A DNA stretch of 64,000 nucleotides from an uncultured delta proteobacterium (GTDB taxonomy: Bacteria; Desulfobacterota; Syntrophia; Syntrophales; UBA2185), in the NCBI GenBank assembly GCA_963729715.1, contig CAVSPA010000006.1:1-64000 (forward strand), written 5' to 3'. Under the pieces are notes generated by a model. That model had not been told where the DNA came from. It worked only from the letters and a program-made list of their open reading frames with translations, and did not search any database. The translations under genes were made by a program, and so were the position numbers. Shown piece after piece: positions 1-9,284 of the stretch; position 1 is the first letter of the stretch, and the number at the start of each line of letters is the position of its first letter.

Positions 1-146
1 AGGTAGCCGTAAGCTGCACGTGATGGGAAAAAGCTGTAAAGGAGTAGCACATTTCATCTTGCTTTCAACGAGCTGCTCCGACAAAACGATCGGCGATTTT
101 TGTTTGAAGATCTTGCATGGCTGCAATTTAGTCAAGGTCAATTATG

Positions 147-372
147 CTTCGCTAATTGAACATGGAAGTCAATTCAAGCAGCATTTTTTGTGTGAGACTT
201 TGTGTGTGAAAATCTTTCCAAAATTAGCAAAAATCGGCAAATATCTGCTAAAGGCTGATAAGTAAAATATTAATATATTCATAAACATACAAACAAATGA
301 GGAAGTTAGGAAACTCGCGGGGTGCGATTCGTAATCAGTAGGTCGCCAGTTCGATTCTGGCCATCGGCTCCA
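147..372 (+). repeat. ~225-bp direct repeat, copy 1: integrative-element end plus tRNA-Thr 3' half (att junction)
   Basis: Near-identical to 2890-3113, e.g. TGTGTGAGACTTTGTGTG...AAGGCTGATAAGTAAAATATTAATATATTCATAAACA...GGAAACTCGCGGGGTGCGATTCGTAATCAGTAGGTC. Confidence 0.9.
326..372 (+). pseudogene. 3' half of tRNA-Thr(CGT) (att core)
   Basis: GATTCGTAATCAG anticodon loop, T-arm GCCAG-TTCGATT-CTGGC, acceptor 3' strand CATCGGCT-CCA; no D-arm or 5' acceptor strand upstream. Confidence 0.88.
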
Positions 373-409
373 GTCATATCGGGGAGTTAACCATTTGCGG
401 TTAACCCCC

Positions 410-564
410 TTTTGGGGTTTGTGACCAAATTGTAACCGGTTTCCTCAAAAATAGTCTCGTCCAGTCTGCAAACTGCCCTTTGATTATCTTGGTTCATGAG
501 GTGCGCGTAAATTTTAAGTCATAGTAGGATTCATGTGGCCTAATTGACTTGATATGTATTTCAT
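410..564 (-). pseudogene. Tyrosine integrase C-terminal remnant
   Basis: Reverse strand reads MKYISSQLGHMNPTMT, frameshift, then YAHLMNQDNQRAVCRLDETIF (LGH...YAH catalytic box); points toward the tRNA fragment. Confidence 0.75.
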
Positions 565-797
565 GCTTTTTGTTATAATATCTCTGTTTTTCTTTTCATC
601 CTGTCCACAACTCTGGGTTATATCTAGTCGTTAAGTCGGACCAATCTTCTTGTGTAGCACCGTTCTCTGACAAAGGCAGAAAAGTGTTACTCCACTATGC
701 TGAGGTCGTTGTGGAGGAGAACAGGACGAAACTATTAGCAAGAATTGAGGACTTGACCAGAAGGCGGAATAGATGATAATAGAAAAACTTAGGGGTA

Positions 798-1019
798 ATG
801 ACTATGCATAATGAATTCACCGCTATAGTCGAACGAGACGGGGCCTGGTTCATTGCATACTGCCCAGAAATTCCCGGTGCGAACGGACAAGGCAAATCAA
901 AGGATGAATGCCTGAAAAACCTGTCTGAAGCTATTAATTTGATCCTGGAGGATAGAAGGGAAGATGCATTGAGGGGCATTCCTGAAAATGCCACAAGAGA
1001 AATGGTCTCTGTGGGATGA
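798..1019 (+). CDS. hicB: HicB-family antitoxin (short, no DNA-binding domain)
   Basis: FTAIVERDGAWFIAYCPEIPGANGQGKSKDECLKNLSEAI; ATGA overlap with hicA. Confidence 0.9.
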   Translation: MTMHNEFTAIVERDGAWFIAYCPEIPGANGQGKSKDECLKNLSEAINLILEDRREDALRGIPENATREMVSVG

Positions 1020-1204
1020 AAAGGAATGAACTGCTGAAACACCTCCGGCGGTACGGCTGTTTTCTGAAACGCGAGGGTAGTGCACACTCCCTTTGGATCA
1101 ATCCAAATACCGGAAAGATAGAGGCTGTTCCCCGGCATACTGAGATATCGGATAGACTCGCGATCAAAATATGTCGCGCCTTATCAATTCCGGAGCCAAA
1201 ATAA
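1016..1204 (+). CDS. hicA: HicA-family mRNA interferase toxin
   Basis: 62 aa; REGSAHSLW...VPRHTEI...KICRAL HicA motifs. Confidence 0.9.
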   Translation: MKRNELLKHLRRYGCFLKREGSAHSLWINPNTGKIEAVPRHTEISDRLAIKICRALSIPEPK

Positions 1205-1307
1205 CAGCCTTACAAACCGTGACGTAAAATAACATCGATGATACAAATTATACTCACAGCGTGACAGGCGTGTGCGGACCCGTCGGGTACTATATCCTTT
1301 AGCCTGT

Positions 1308-1340
1308 AAGGAGGGTGGCGAAAGCTACCCTCCTTTTTTT
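1308..1340 (+). terminator. Intrinsic terminator downstream of hicBA
   Basis: AAGGAGGGTGGC-GAAA-GCTACCCTCCTT followed by a T run. Confidence 0.75.
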
Positions 1341-1589
1341 AGGTTCTCGGGAAACTGGTTGACAGCATGGAAGTTGATACACCTCCATTTTGCAAGTTTG
1401 TGAGGTCTTTGGGGCTTATGGAGGTTATAGAATTATAAAAGTTGAAGATATGAGAAATTATAATACTCAGCCACCATGGCTATGATCGGACGGCTGTAAA
1501 TCAGCTCAAATCTAAAAGATTTGAGCTCTTCGGACCATTACCGTTATTTGCTAACCATGATTCTATGAAAATGATTATCGCACACCATG

Positions 1590-2291
1590 CTATATATTTG
1601 CTATCTCTTCCAAGAGCTTTATAAACCGAGGCAACCGTGCTTGACTTGCGCTGTCGGGTAGCAAATGTCCTGGAATCGCATCAAGAAAATTTTCATCAGC
1701 CAAGAACATTCGAAACGTTGTGGTTAGAAAAGGTTTCAATTCGTCGGAGGAACTTTTGATTTCATCAACGATTTCGCGACGCCCATCCAGAACAGTTATA
1801 ATGTCTTCCATGTCGTGACTGGCCATATAATCTCCCTTGCCGCGCCCCTTAAAAGCTTCGATTTTAGTTGCAAGAAAATAAGGGGGAGCAACAAGTCTAA
1901 TCGTAAGTTCTGTTTCAAGCTCAACACAATTTGCACTCTCGATAGCAGGCAGATACCAACTGTTGGAGAATCCGAGAATATCCTCTTGAGTAGGCATGAT
2001 ATCAACTTTAATACCATTGACCAGCCAGCGACACGACGGTGCATCTTCACTCATATCATTTCTGAAACCCTTGCTTCGAAGATCTGCCTCGAGCCTGTAG
2101 TATTCCATCTTTGTAGCAATATCAATAATGACATCCACATCCTTTGTTACCCTGACTTCCGGCATCGCGGGGTCCGTAATAAATAATCCCGTGGTACAGC
2201 CACCTACGAAAACTACTTTCTCCCTGAGATTACCAAATCGTTTGGCTACAGCAGTGATCATTTGGATATTCACATCTCTGGCATTGATCAT
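1590..2291 (-). CDS. Predicted nucleotidyltransferase (AbiEii-like type IV toxin)
   Basis: VFVGG...RVTKDVDV NTase motif, FLATKIEAF, HDMEDI; translationally coupled to the upstream gene. Confidence 0.75.
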   Translation of the reverse strand: MINARDVNIQMITAVAKRFGNLREKVVFVGGCTTGLFITDPAMPEVRVTKDVDVIIDIATKMEYYRLEADLRSKGFRNDMSEDAPSCRWLVNGIKVDIMPTQEDILGFSNSWYLPAIESANCVELETELTIRLVAPPYFLATKIEAFKGRGKGDYMASHDMEDIITVLDGRREIVDEIKSSSDELKPFLTTTFRMFLADENFLDAIPGHLLPDSASQARLPRFIKLLEEIANI

Positions 2292-2800
2292 GGTGATTCC
2301 AAGCGTGCTTTGAGTTCTGTGATGGCGATTTTTCTTTCACGGGTTCTTCCGTCGCGTATTGCATCAACTAAGGCCAATAATTCATAAAGCTTTATATCTT
2401 TTAAAGCAGCCTTCGGAACAGACTTATAAAGGGGCGAAAATTCATATCCCCGGACAGTGCCTTCCGGATCAGGCCATACGGGAGGAGGTTCCGTCGGTTG
2501 AGAAATTACGTCTTTGAGAGGGGGAGCTGCATATGAGGTAGGAATGCCTCGGGTAAGGCTACCATGATCAGGTGGAAAAGCATATTTGATGCCGTGAATG
2601 ATAAATTCTTCAAAAGACTTTTTTAGCAGGAGCCCTCTCTGAGAGCCCATTAAATGCGCTGCAACTGCACGCCTCATACCTGCATGGACCTCGGACGTGC
2701 TCATGTACAAATCTTGGGCCAGGGATGCATAAGACCATGGGGTTTTCCCGAGTGAGACAAGTTTCAGGAGAATAAATATATCTTGGGGTTTAAGATTCAT
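2288..2800 (-). CDS. HTH protein, putative cognate antitoxin/autoregulator
   Basis: MNLKPQDI...WSYASLAQDLYMSTSEVHAG helix-turn-helix; start set at ATG 2800. Confidence 0.7.
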   Translation of the reverse strand: MNLKPQDIFILLKLVSLGKTPWSYASLAQDLYMSTSEVHAGMRRAVAAHLMGSQRGLLLKKSFEEFIIHGIKYAFPPDHGSLTRGIPTSYAAPPLKDVISQPTEPPPVWPDPEGTVRGYEFSPLYKSVPKAALKDIKLYELLALVDAIRDGRTRERKIAITELKARLESP

Positions 2801-2835
2801 GACGGCATTGTATTCGCGATTCGCGAATAGCGCAA
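2801..2835 (-). promoter_or_regulatory. Sigma70-type promoter (probably leaderless) with a palindromic operator in the spacer
   Basis: Minus strand TTGCGC-17 nt-TACAAT-6 nt-ATG; perfect palindrome TATTCGCGA-T-TCGCGAATA at 2811-2829. Confidence 0.7.
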
Positions 2836-2889
2836 GACATTTTTTCAATTTAATATTTCTTGAATTGTATAGACTTATGTTAGCCAGTA

Positions 2890-3113
2890 CTTCGCTAAAT
2901 TAACATGAAAGTCTATTAACGGCATTATTTGTGTGAGACTTTGTGTGAGAAAACCTTTCCAAAATTAGCAAAAATCGGCAAACATCTGCTAAAGGCTGAT
3001 AAGTAAAATATTAATATATTCATAAACATGCAAACAAATGAGGAAGTTAGGAAACTCGCGGGGTGCGATTCGTAATCAGTAGGTCCGCGGTTCGATTCCG
3101 CGCATCGGCTCCA
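2890..3113 (+). repeat. ~225-bp direct repeat, copy 2 (second att junction)
   Basis: Matches 147-372; differs in the tRNA T-stem. Confidence 0.9.
3067..3113 (+). pseudogene. 3' half of tRNA-Thr(CGT) (att core)
   Basis: GATTCGTAATCAGTAGGTC-CGCGG-TTCGATT-CCGCG-CATCGGCTCCA. Confidence 0.88.
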
Positions 3114-3114
3114 T

Positions 3115-3459
3115 TTATATCAAGGGGTTAGCCGACGACTGATGTCTTTCGAGGGGGTCTAAGGCGGGATTTGTGACAAAATGTGACACAACTTCTTTTT
3201 GGGGAGCGGTTAATCCATTCAAGAGATTGACCGCTTTCTTTTTATGCTCCTGACTCAGATGAGCATATCTAAGAGTCATTTGCATCGTCTTGTGTCCTAA
3301 CAATTCCTGAACATCTTTTATGCTTGCACCGTTCATCAATAAATGACTTGCAAACGTCAAGGCGCAGTCGACATCGTGGCCAAAATCGCTTAGTATGCGA
3401 TGGAACGTGTTACATACGTCCTCGTCATCATCTATAACCAAGATTCTTCCGATATTCAT
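3115..3459 (-). pseudogene. Chimeric remnant: receiver-domain N-terminus fused to integrase C-terminus
   Basis: MNIGRILVIDDDEDVC (receiver beta1 and acidic pocket) joined in frame to TFASHLLMNGASIKDVQELLGHKTMQMTLRYAHL. Confidence 0.8.
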
Positions 3460-3609
3460 CCCTTCTCCCGAAAATTAATTATCCCGACAGTGCCCGCAAG
3501 ATAGGGTGGTGCAGCTTTATTAATGTTCTTGAGGAACAGTTTCGCAGCTAAATGTTCCCAATTCCCTCGTAACACTTATAGAGAAGGCAAGTTGAATGCC
3601 CGATGCGGC

Positions 3610-3891
3610 TCACTTGAGATATTTTTTCAGGTCGCGATAGAAGTTTTCATGTGGTCCAAGGGAAACTAAGAATAACTCTTTTTCATCAAATTCATAAGCC
3701 AGAAGAAAGAGTTTCCTGCCAGCCTTGAATTTATGCACACTAATTCCCGCAAGGTCCCCTTTTTTGAGTTCTCCAGATTTGGGATCTCTCTGCAGGAATC
3801 GTGTCTCCTCATCGAGTTGTTCAATCTCCGGCTTATTGAGATTATTTTTTTGTCTGGCAAATAATGGAGATTGGGAAACCTGCTTGGTCAT
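3610..3891 (-). CDS. RelE/ParE-like toxin
   Basis: SPLFARQK...GELKKGDLAGISVHKF...LLAY...LGPHENFYRDLK. Confidence 0.85.
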   Translation of the reverse strand: MTKQVSQSPLFARQKNNLNKPEIEQLDEETRFLQRDPKSGELKKGDLAGISVHKFKAGRKLFLLAYEFDEKELFLVSLGPHENFYRDLKKYLK

Positions 3892-4115
3892 TTCCCTTCT
3901 CCAAATTTATAAGGTGTTTTTTGTCCGCTTCTCAGTTGAGCTCTTCCTATCAGGATGTCTTTGATGAATGACATGGGCAGGTCGGGATTCTCCTCGGCAA
4001 TTTTTCCAAGCTTAGCCCAATATTCTACCTGGCCAGCAAGAGATCTGTTTTCTATATCAGCAAAAACAGCAGCACTCGCGGCAAGCTCCTCTGATATTTT
4101 AACGGCCCTCGGCAT
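3888..4115 (-). CDS. ParD-like antitoxin
   Basis: AVKISEEL...NRSLAGQVEYWAKLGKIAEENPDLP; overlaps toxin start. Confidence 0.85.
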   Translation of the reverse strand: MPRAVKISEELAASAAVFADIENRSLAGQVEYWAKLGKIAEENPDLPMSFIKDILIGRAQLRSGQKTPYKFGEGK

Positions 4116-4568
4116 TGTTCATTACCTCCATCAGTCTATTTTTATAGAAATATTATATTCCCTAAAGAAATGTATTGCAACTAAAATTATACCCATTGCT
4201 TGATGAACATGTATCTCCCCATTTTAATAAGAATGCATAGTTGAAAGCGATAAGAAACAACAAAGACGGGATACTCAAATTCAAATACAGAGCACTAAGA
4301 GGGATAGACGCGATGAAGAAAAGCGGCAAAGTGAACACTAAGATGATCAACGATTTTTTCATAAGCAACATTCCTTTCGTATTTGTTTCATTTTCTGTAG
4401 TACACAAAAATACATTTGTCAATTGATTGATACACAAATCATTTGTATATAAATTAAAAATATGATAGGTACATTGGCCAAGACCCAAAGACAGGAGTGA
4501 AGATGACAAATAAATCCGCAATAGTCTCAAGGATTATTAGCAACATTCGTAGAGTTTTCAAGGCAGTT

Positions 4569-4606
4569 AGTAAAGAACCCCGTGCGGAAGCGCGGGGTTC
4601 TTTACT
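4569..4606. terminator. Hairpin at the 3' end of mscS, possibly a bidirectional terminator
   Basis: AGTAAAGAACCCCGTGC-GGAA-GCGCGGGGTTCTTTACT. Confidence 0.6.
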
Positions 4607-5660
4607 CAGCGGATGCCGTGAATTCTTTCCGGTCTTTAATGTAGAGAGTCCGGATTGGAAATGGAATTTCAATTCCCTCTTTGTTATAGCGCTCGTGCAA
4701 CCGCTTTATAAACTCGTGTACGAGAAGATGCTGACTCACATAATCACGAGCGCGCATAATGACCGTAAAATTGATGCTGGAGTCGCCAAAATTATTATAT
4801 CGAATAAAAGGTTCGAATTCCGGGATGCCGCCTTCAACCTGCTTCATGACGCTCCGTGCCACTTCTACTGTCACCTGTTCGACTTTCCTTAGATCGCAGT
4901 CATAACTCACACCCACCTGGAGCAGCACGGACATTTCGTTTACAGGCAGGGCAAAATTCGTCACAATCGCCGAGGACAATTTTGAATTCGGGACAATGAT
5001 CATGTTATCCGACAAACTCCTGACCACTGCGTATCTCCATGTTATATCTGTTACATAACCCTCTTCACCCGTATTGAGCTTGACATAATCGCCCGGCCTT
5101 ATCTGCTTTGAGGCGATTATATGTATTCCTGCAAGGAGGTTGGACAGAGTGTCCTTAAGCGCAAGGGCAACGGCAAGTCCGCCCACTCCCAATGCCGTCA
5201 ATAACGGAGTAACGTTGATTCCGAGAGATTCGAGGGTAACAAGAATGCCTAACACCAAAACCAGAAGAAAAGTTAGATTGGTAAAGATGGACGTCGATAC
5301 AAAAGCACCTCCGGCCTTTCGACTGTAAAGGCTTACAAACCCAACGGCAATTCTTCCCAAGGCCAGGGTTACGGATAAGATAACGCAGACCAGCAGCGTT
5401 TTGTGCGCCAGAACCAAACCCGATCTGTCGATTGGAAGGTTGCGGATGGCACCGTAAAGGCCAGCAAGCGTAAACCAGAATAATCCAATGCCGTGAAAAG
5501 CGTCGACCAGAATCTCATCATTTTCCCATTTTGTTCGGACGACAACTTTCCGTATATTTCTTAGGATGATCTTCTCGAAGAAGAGGCCGAGGATGATTCC
5601 GCCCGCAAGTATTGCCAGAGGCAGAGCCATTCTTTCAATGGTCAAATATTCGCGTAACAT
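4602..5660 (-). CDS. mscS: MscS-family mechanosensitive channel
   Basis: LGVGGLAVALALKDTLSNLLAG, IRPGDYV, IIVPNS, FGDSSINF, GIEIPFP. Confidence 0.92.
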   Translation of the reverse strand: MLREYLTIERMALPLAILAGGIILGLFFEKIILRNIRKVVVRTKWENDEILVDAFHGIGLFWFTLAGLYGAIRNLPIDRSGLVLAHKTLLVCVILSVTLALGRIAVGFVSLYSRKAGGAFVSTSIFTNLTFLLVLVLGILVTLESLGINVTPLLTALGVGGLAVALALKDTLSNLLAGIHIIASKQIRPGDYVKLNTGEEGYVTDITWRYAVVRSLSDNMIIVPNSKLSSAIVTNFALPVNEMSVLLQVGVSYDCDLRKVEQVTVEVARSVMKQVEGGIPEFEPFIRYNNFGDSSINFTVIMRARDYVSQHLLVHEFIKRLHERYNKEGIEIPFPIRTLYIKDRKEFTASAE

Positions 5661-5748
5661 ACATTCACCTCATCAAAATCTTCGCATTGGATGACATGGG
5701 CTCTTCCGATTACCGCGCAACATCTTTTCAGCAACTATATCGCCTGGC

Positions 5749-5812
5749 CGTCTAAACCGCACGGCATTGCCGATGACCGACACCGAGCTGAAACTCATGG
5801 CAGCAGACGCAT
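5749..5812 (-). pseudogene. C-terminal remnant of a heavy-metal P1B ATPase
   Basis: ASAAMSFSSVSVIGNAVRFR matches the CopA-type last helix. Confidence 0.6.
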
Positions 5813-5842
5813 CAGCACCGTCTCGAAACTCAGGTAACTGGG

Positions 5843-6961
5843 CTAAGCGCCAAGTTCCCGCACAGTGCGCAAATAGCCGACGACATCCTCCCGGCTGAGC
5901 ATGCCCTGAATTTGCCCATCTGCCATCACGGGAAGTTGGTTGACTCCATCGCGGTCCATCTCTTTCAAAGCTTCCCATAGTTCCGTACCGGGCCGCAACT
6001 GTTTCATCTGTTCGGCTGGTATCATGGCCTTGGCGGCTGTGATAGTCGGCCAATCGGAACGTGGAATCTCCTTGATGTGATGCAAAGTCAACAAGCCGAC
6101 AACTGTGTCGCCCCGTTTGACCACGAAACTCCGGCGACCGCTCGCCAGAATGTGATCGTCCACCAAGTGTTGCAAAGTGATGTCGGGAGGAATGGCTGCA
6201 TATTGCCGATTCATGGCTTGGGAGACCTCATGGCCGGCCAGCATATCTTGGAGCCCCAGTTGCTGAACCTGCCCCCTGGCGGCACTTTCCAGAAACCAGC
6301 CGATGAAGGCGATCCACATGCCGTTGAAGATGTTGCCGGTAAATATTTGCCACACGCCGAAGAAGATGAAGAGGTAGGCGACGAATCGCCCCACGTTGGC
6401 GGCGATGAGAGTGGCCCGGCGCATGTTGTGAGTGAAACCCCAGACAAATGCCCGAAAGACGCCGCCACCATCCAGGGGGAAACCAGGAATGAGGTTGAAC
6501 ACGCCCAGCGCGACGTTGATATAGACGAGATATTTGGACATGGCCAGTAGCGGGGCAATACTAGCTAAGAAAGGCTCCAGCAGACGGAAGAGAACTGCTA
6601 AAGCAAAACTGACAAATGGGCCAACAATGGCGATCCAGAATCCGGCCACGGCAGTGGGTGGTTCGGCGCCAATTAGAGATACGCCACCAAAAATAAAGAG
6701 TGTGATGCTTCGCACCTGGATTTTGTAGTGCATCGCCACCACTGAATGTCCCAACTCGTGTAACAGCACGCTAACGAAAAGCATGATGGCCGTTGCCGCG
6801 CCCACCACCCAATACAGCGCTACAGGCCAGTCATTGAATTCAGCCGGGTAGTAGCTAACGGCCATCGTCCAGGTGATCAGTCCGAAAATCAAAAACCAGG
6901 AATAGTCCAGCCCGATAGGGATACCCAGAATGCGCCCCAATGGGATCGTATGTCTGTTCAT
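5843..6961 (-). CDS. Site-2 protease (M50) with CBS domains
   Basis: HELGH, NLIPGFPLDGG, C-terminal CBS pair. Confidence 0.92.
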   Translation of the reverse strand: MNRHTIPLGRILGIPIGLDYSWFLIFGLITWTMAVSYYPAEFNDWPVALYWVVGAATAIMLFVSVLLHELGHSVVAMHYKIQVRSITLFIFGGVSLIGAEPPTAVAGFWIAIVGPFVSFALAVLFRLLEPFLASIAPLLAMSKYLVYINVALGVFNLIPGFPLDGGGVFRAFVWGFTHNMRRATLIAANVGRFVAYLFIFFGVWQIFTGNIFNGMWIAFIGWFLESAARGQVQQLGLQDMLAGHEVSQAMNRQYAAIPPDITLQHLVDDHILASGRRSFVVKRGDTVVGLLTLHHIKEIPRSDWPTITAAKAMIPAEQMKQLRPGTELWEALKEMDRDGVNQLPVMADGQIQGMLSREDVVGYLRTVRELGA

Positions 6962-7028
6962 TCTTTACCTCCTTGATCTGTTTGTATATCCTATGCAAGC
7001 CCTATCCCATGACCTCAGCAAACCCTCG

Positions 7029-7808
7029 TCATGCTCCTGAGGATATAAGCTCCGATATCACACCCCTTTCCGAGCTAAGGGAGGAGAGGACGATGCCGAT
7101 AAAGTCCTGAAGAAAGTGCATCACGATGGGAGCAACTAAGCTTTGTCGCTACATGTAGACAAAGGTAAAAACTAGCCCCATAAAACCGACGGTTACCACG
7201 CCAGCCGAACCCTCGTAGCCGTGTCCGAGAGAAAAGAGCGCCGCCGCAAGGGGATTCCCAGTGACAGTATTCAAGCGCAGAATGAGGTATCTATGAAAAA
7301 TGGTCTCCTCTGCCAGAGCGACAACCGCAACCAGGGCGATGGCCGGTAAGAATTGTACTGTGCCATTGGCGGCCATGAGTGAAGGCAATGGCGTAGACGG
7401 TACAGAAAGCCCGGCCACCCGTAACGCATTCTCAAAGAATCCGGTAGCAAAAAAGAAGGGAATGTAGAGCCCAATGCCGAGAGCGATCTCTTTCCAGACG
7501 TTTTCGAATTTCCAGCCAATCCGATTGACACGCTCGCCATTACGCCAGAGAAAGAAGAGGATCAGGCTGACCAGAGCAAGGTCGCGAAGAATAGTCGCAA
7601 ATGCCACCAGCACAAAGCTTAATGTTCCCTGCTTAACTGCAAAAAAAGAAAGGACCATTGACGGCACAATAAGAAAAAGGAAGATAGAAACCTCAACAAG
7701 CTGCTCTGTCGAACTCGATTGAGTACTGTTTCTACTGTCAGCCTTGCTTTTATTCAATACAGTGAACACCGATTGCCTCTTCTTACGGATGAAACTTGGA
7801 GATTCCAT
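7029..7808 (-). pseudogene. CPBP/Abi (CAAX protease) family gene with a premature stop
   Basis: EETIF and FSLGHGYEG motifs; in-frame TAG at 7149-7151 followed by RQSLVAPIVMHFLQD. Confidence 0.7.
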
Positions 7809-7894
7809 GAAAAAATGACGGTTTTATGGTTCCGGCCCTTCTTTCTTTATAAGAAGAAGTTGATATGTGCCTCTCTTGAATGTTTTGCTTTCCA

Positions 7895-8119
7895 CTATTT
7901 TTTGTCGTAGTTGATTCTTGTACGGTTCTTGAGGTCTTGCTTGGCAACATTATAAGCAATTCCCATATCCGCCACCTTCAATGGTTTAGAAGTCATCGTC
8001 CCCTGTTTTTCAACACTTTCCCGAAACCCACCCGCGGACAGGTTCACTTTTTTGATTCTGCCATTTTGGTTCACGATAATATCATCAGCCTCACGGCGCC
8101 ATAGTTCATTTCTTTGCAT
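7895..8119 (-). pseudogene. Probable PRC-barrel gene remnant
   Basis: DDIIVNQNGRIKKVNLSAGGF resembles the PRC-barrel core. Confidence 0.4.
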
Positions 8120-8156
8120 GAATTGCTTTTCTGCTAAATAATACTTTTAACGCAGA

Positions 8157-8606
8157 TCATCTCCTTACGACTAGGACAGGGATTTTCGTATCTTTGTGGA
8201 TTACGCCATAGGTAACGCTGCCGAGGAATGCGGCTGCTAAAGCACTCTTTCCATGAGAACCCATAACGATGAGAGTTCCCTTCGACCTCCCAGCCTCTTT
8301 TGCGATATCTTCAACGGGATGCCCTGTCGTTATGACAATTTTTGATCGGACACCTTTTTTGTCGCAGATTTCCTTTATCTCCATGGCATACCCCTCCGCA
8401 GCCTCTCTCAGATAATCCTCGATGGGTTCTATCGCACGCCGAGCGGTCTCCTCGGCAGGAACTGTCTGGGCTATAAGTGAGCGATTATCAATAACGCTCA
8501 GGGCAATTACCGAGACTTTTAGATGTTTTGCAAGATCAACCGCATACCTAGCTGCCTTTTGAGCTGCCTTTGACCCGTCTGTAGGCACAAGAATTTTTAA
8601 AATCAT
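8157..8606 (-). CDS. Universal stress protein
   Basis: KILVPTDGS...LIVMGSHGKS...LGSVT...PVLVVR. Confidence 0.93.
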   Translation of the reverse strand: MILKILVPTDGSKAAQKAARYAVDLAKHLKVSVIALSVIDNRSLIAQTVPAEETARRAIEPIEDYLREAAEGYAMEIKEICDKKGVRSKIVITTGHPVEDIAKEAGRSKGTLIVMGSHGKSALAAAFLGSVTYGVIHKDTKIPVLVVRR

Positions 8607-8616
8607 ACCTTCTCCT

Positions 8617-8805
8617 TTAATATTCTTCGCATTTAGTCTGAAAATAATTCAACTCATGATCGCATGTAGGACATTTTTCCGGCGGAGCCTCACCTTTATG
8701 GATATAGCCGCATTTCATACAGATCCGTTTTCCCCAGGGCGCCATTTTGGCCCAGAAGAGGAGGTGGAGAAAATGGCCGCCGATATTACATGATGCGGTT
8801 GCCAC
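8617..8805 (-). pseudogene. Rubredoxin-like (rubrerythrin C-terminal) domain remnant
   Basis: CMKCGYIHKGEAPPEKCPTCDH; upstream part unconvincing. Confidence 0.6.
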
Positions 8806-8843
8806 TCGTTACATTGGTGAATATACATCTTCAATGATTTTGG

Positions 8844-9284
8844 CTATAATTGAAGAAGCTCTCGATGTCGAAATCCTTGGGAATAGTCGATTAGGTAAAT
8901 CTCCCGAGGTGTCACTTTAACGACCACTGAGGATCCAGGTTTTAAACTGTTGAAAACCTTATCTCTGGCCACGACTGCTTTGGGTGCTTTAGCAATTTCA
9001 TCGTCAGACAGAATTTTTGCATTGCCGCTATATTGGATTCCCTTCATTTCCTGGTCAGTTTTAGGAAGGCGAGGCCTTTGCATAGTTATAGCCACTCGGG
9101 GATTAGATGAAAGATTCCGTATTTTCTTACTATCTCTATCGGTATTGAAATAAATATCCATTCCTGCATTGTTAAAAAAGACTGTTGATGCATTTGGTTG
9201 TCCATCTGCAGTGATGGTCGCTATAGTACAGAAACGGCACTTGTCTATGTATTCGGTTATGCGCTTCTTAAGATCATTTTCCAT
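8844..9284 (-). CDS. Pyridoxamine 5'-phosphate oxidase-like FMN-binding protein
   Basis: CTIATITADGQPNASTV...SKKIRNLSSNPRVAI. Confidence 0.85.
   Translation of the reverse strand: MENDLKKRITEYIDKCRFCTIATITADGQPNASTVFFNNAGMDIYFNTDRDSKKIRNLSSNPRVAITMQRPRLPKTDQEMKGIQYSGNAKILSDDEIAKAPKAVVARDKVFNSLKPGSSVVVKVTPREIYLIDYSQGFRHRELLQL

Noticed and set aside
1..20. GGTAGCCGTAAGCTGCAC resembling the 3' end of a c-di-GMP-I riboswitch
   Set aside because: Truncated at the window edge; the diagnostic 5' part is not visible
300..372. Complete tRNA-Thr gene (also 3040-3113)
   Set aside because: No D-arm or 5' acceptor strand; only the 3' half is present
630..1260. hicBA as an integron cassette (GTTAAGT upstream, TAAC at the stop)
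   Set aside because: No convincing attC palindrome and no integron integrase
1255..1310. CGTGACAGGCG...GCCTG resembling a ZTP riboswitch
   Set aside because: Core consensus incomplete and no purine or folate gene downstream
4162..4672. Short hydrophobic ORFs in an AT-rich stretch
   Set aside because: No recognisable motif; cannot be told apart from spurious ORFs
7029..7151. Pyrrolysine, selenocysteine or recoded stop readthrough (also TGA near 28945 and 39345)
   Set aside because: Stops sit where Trp is plausible (TGG to TAG/TGA), the genes carry other lesions, and TGA/TAG end normal genes throughout the window
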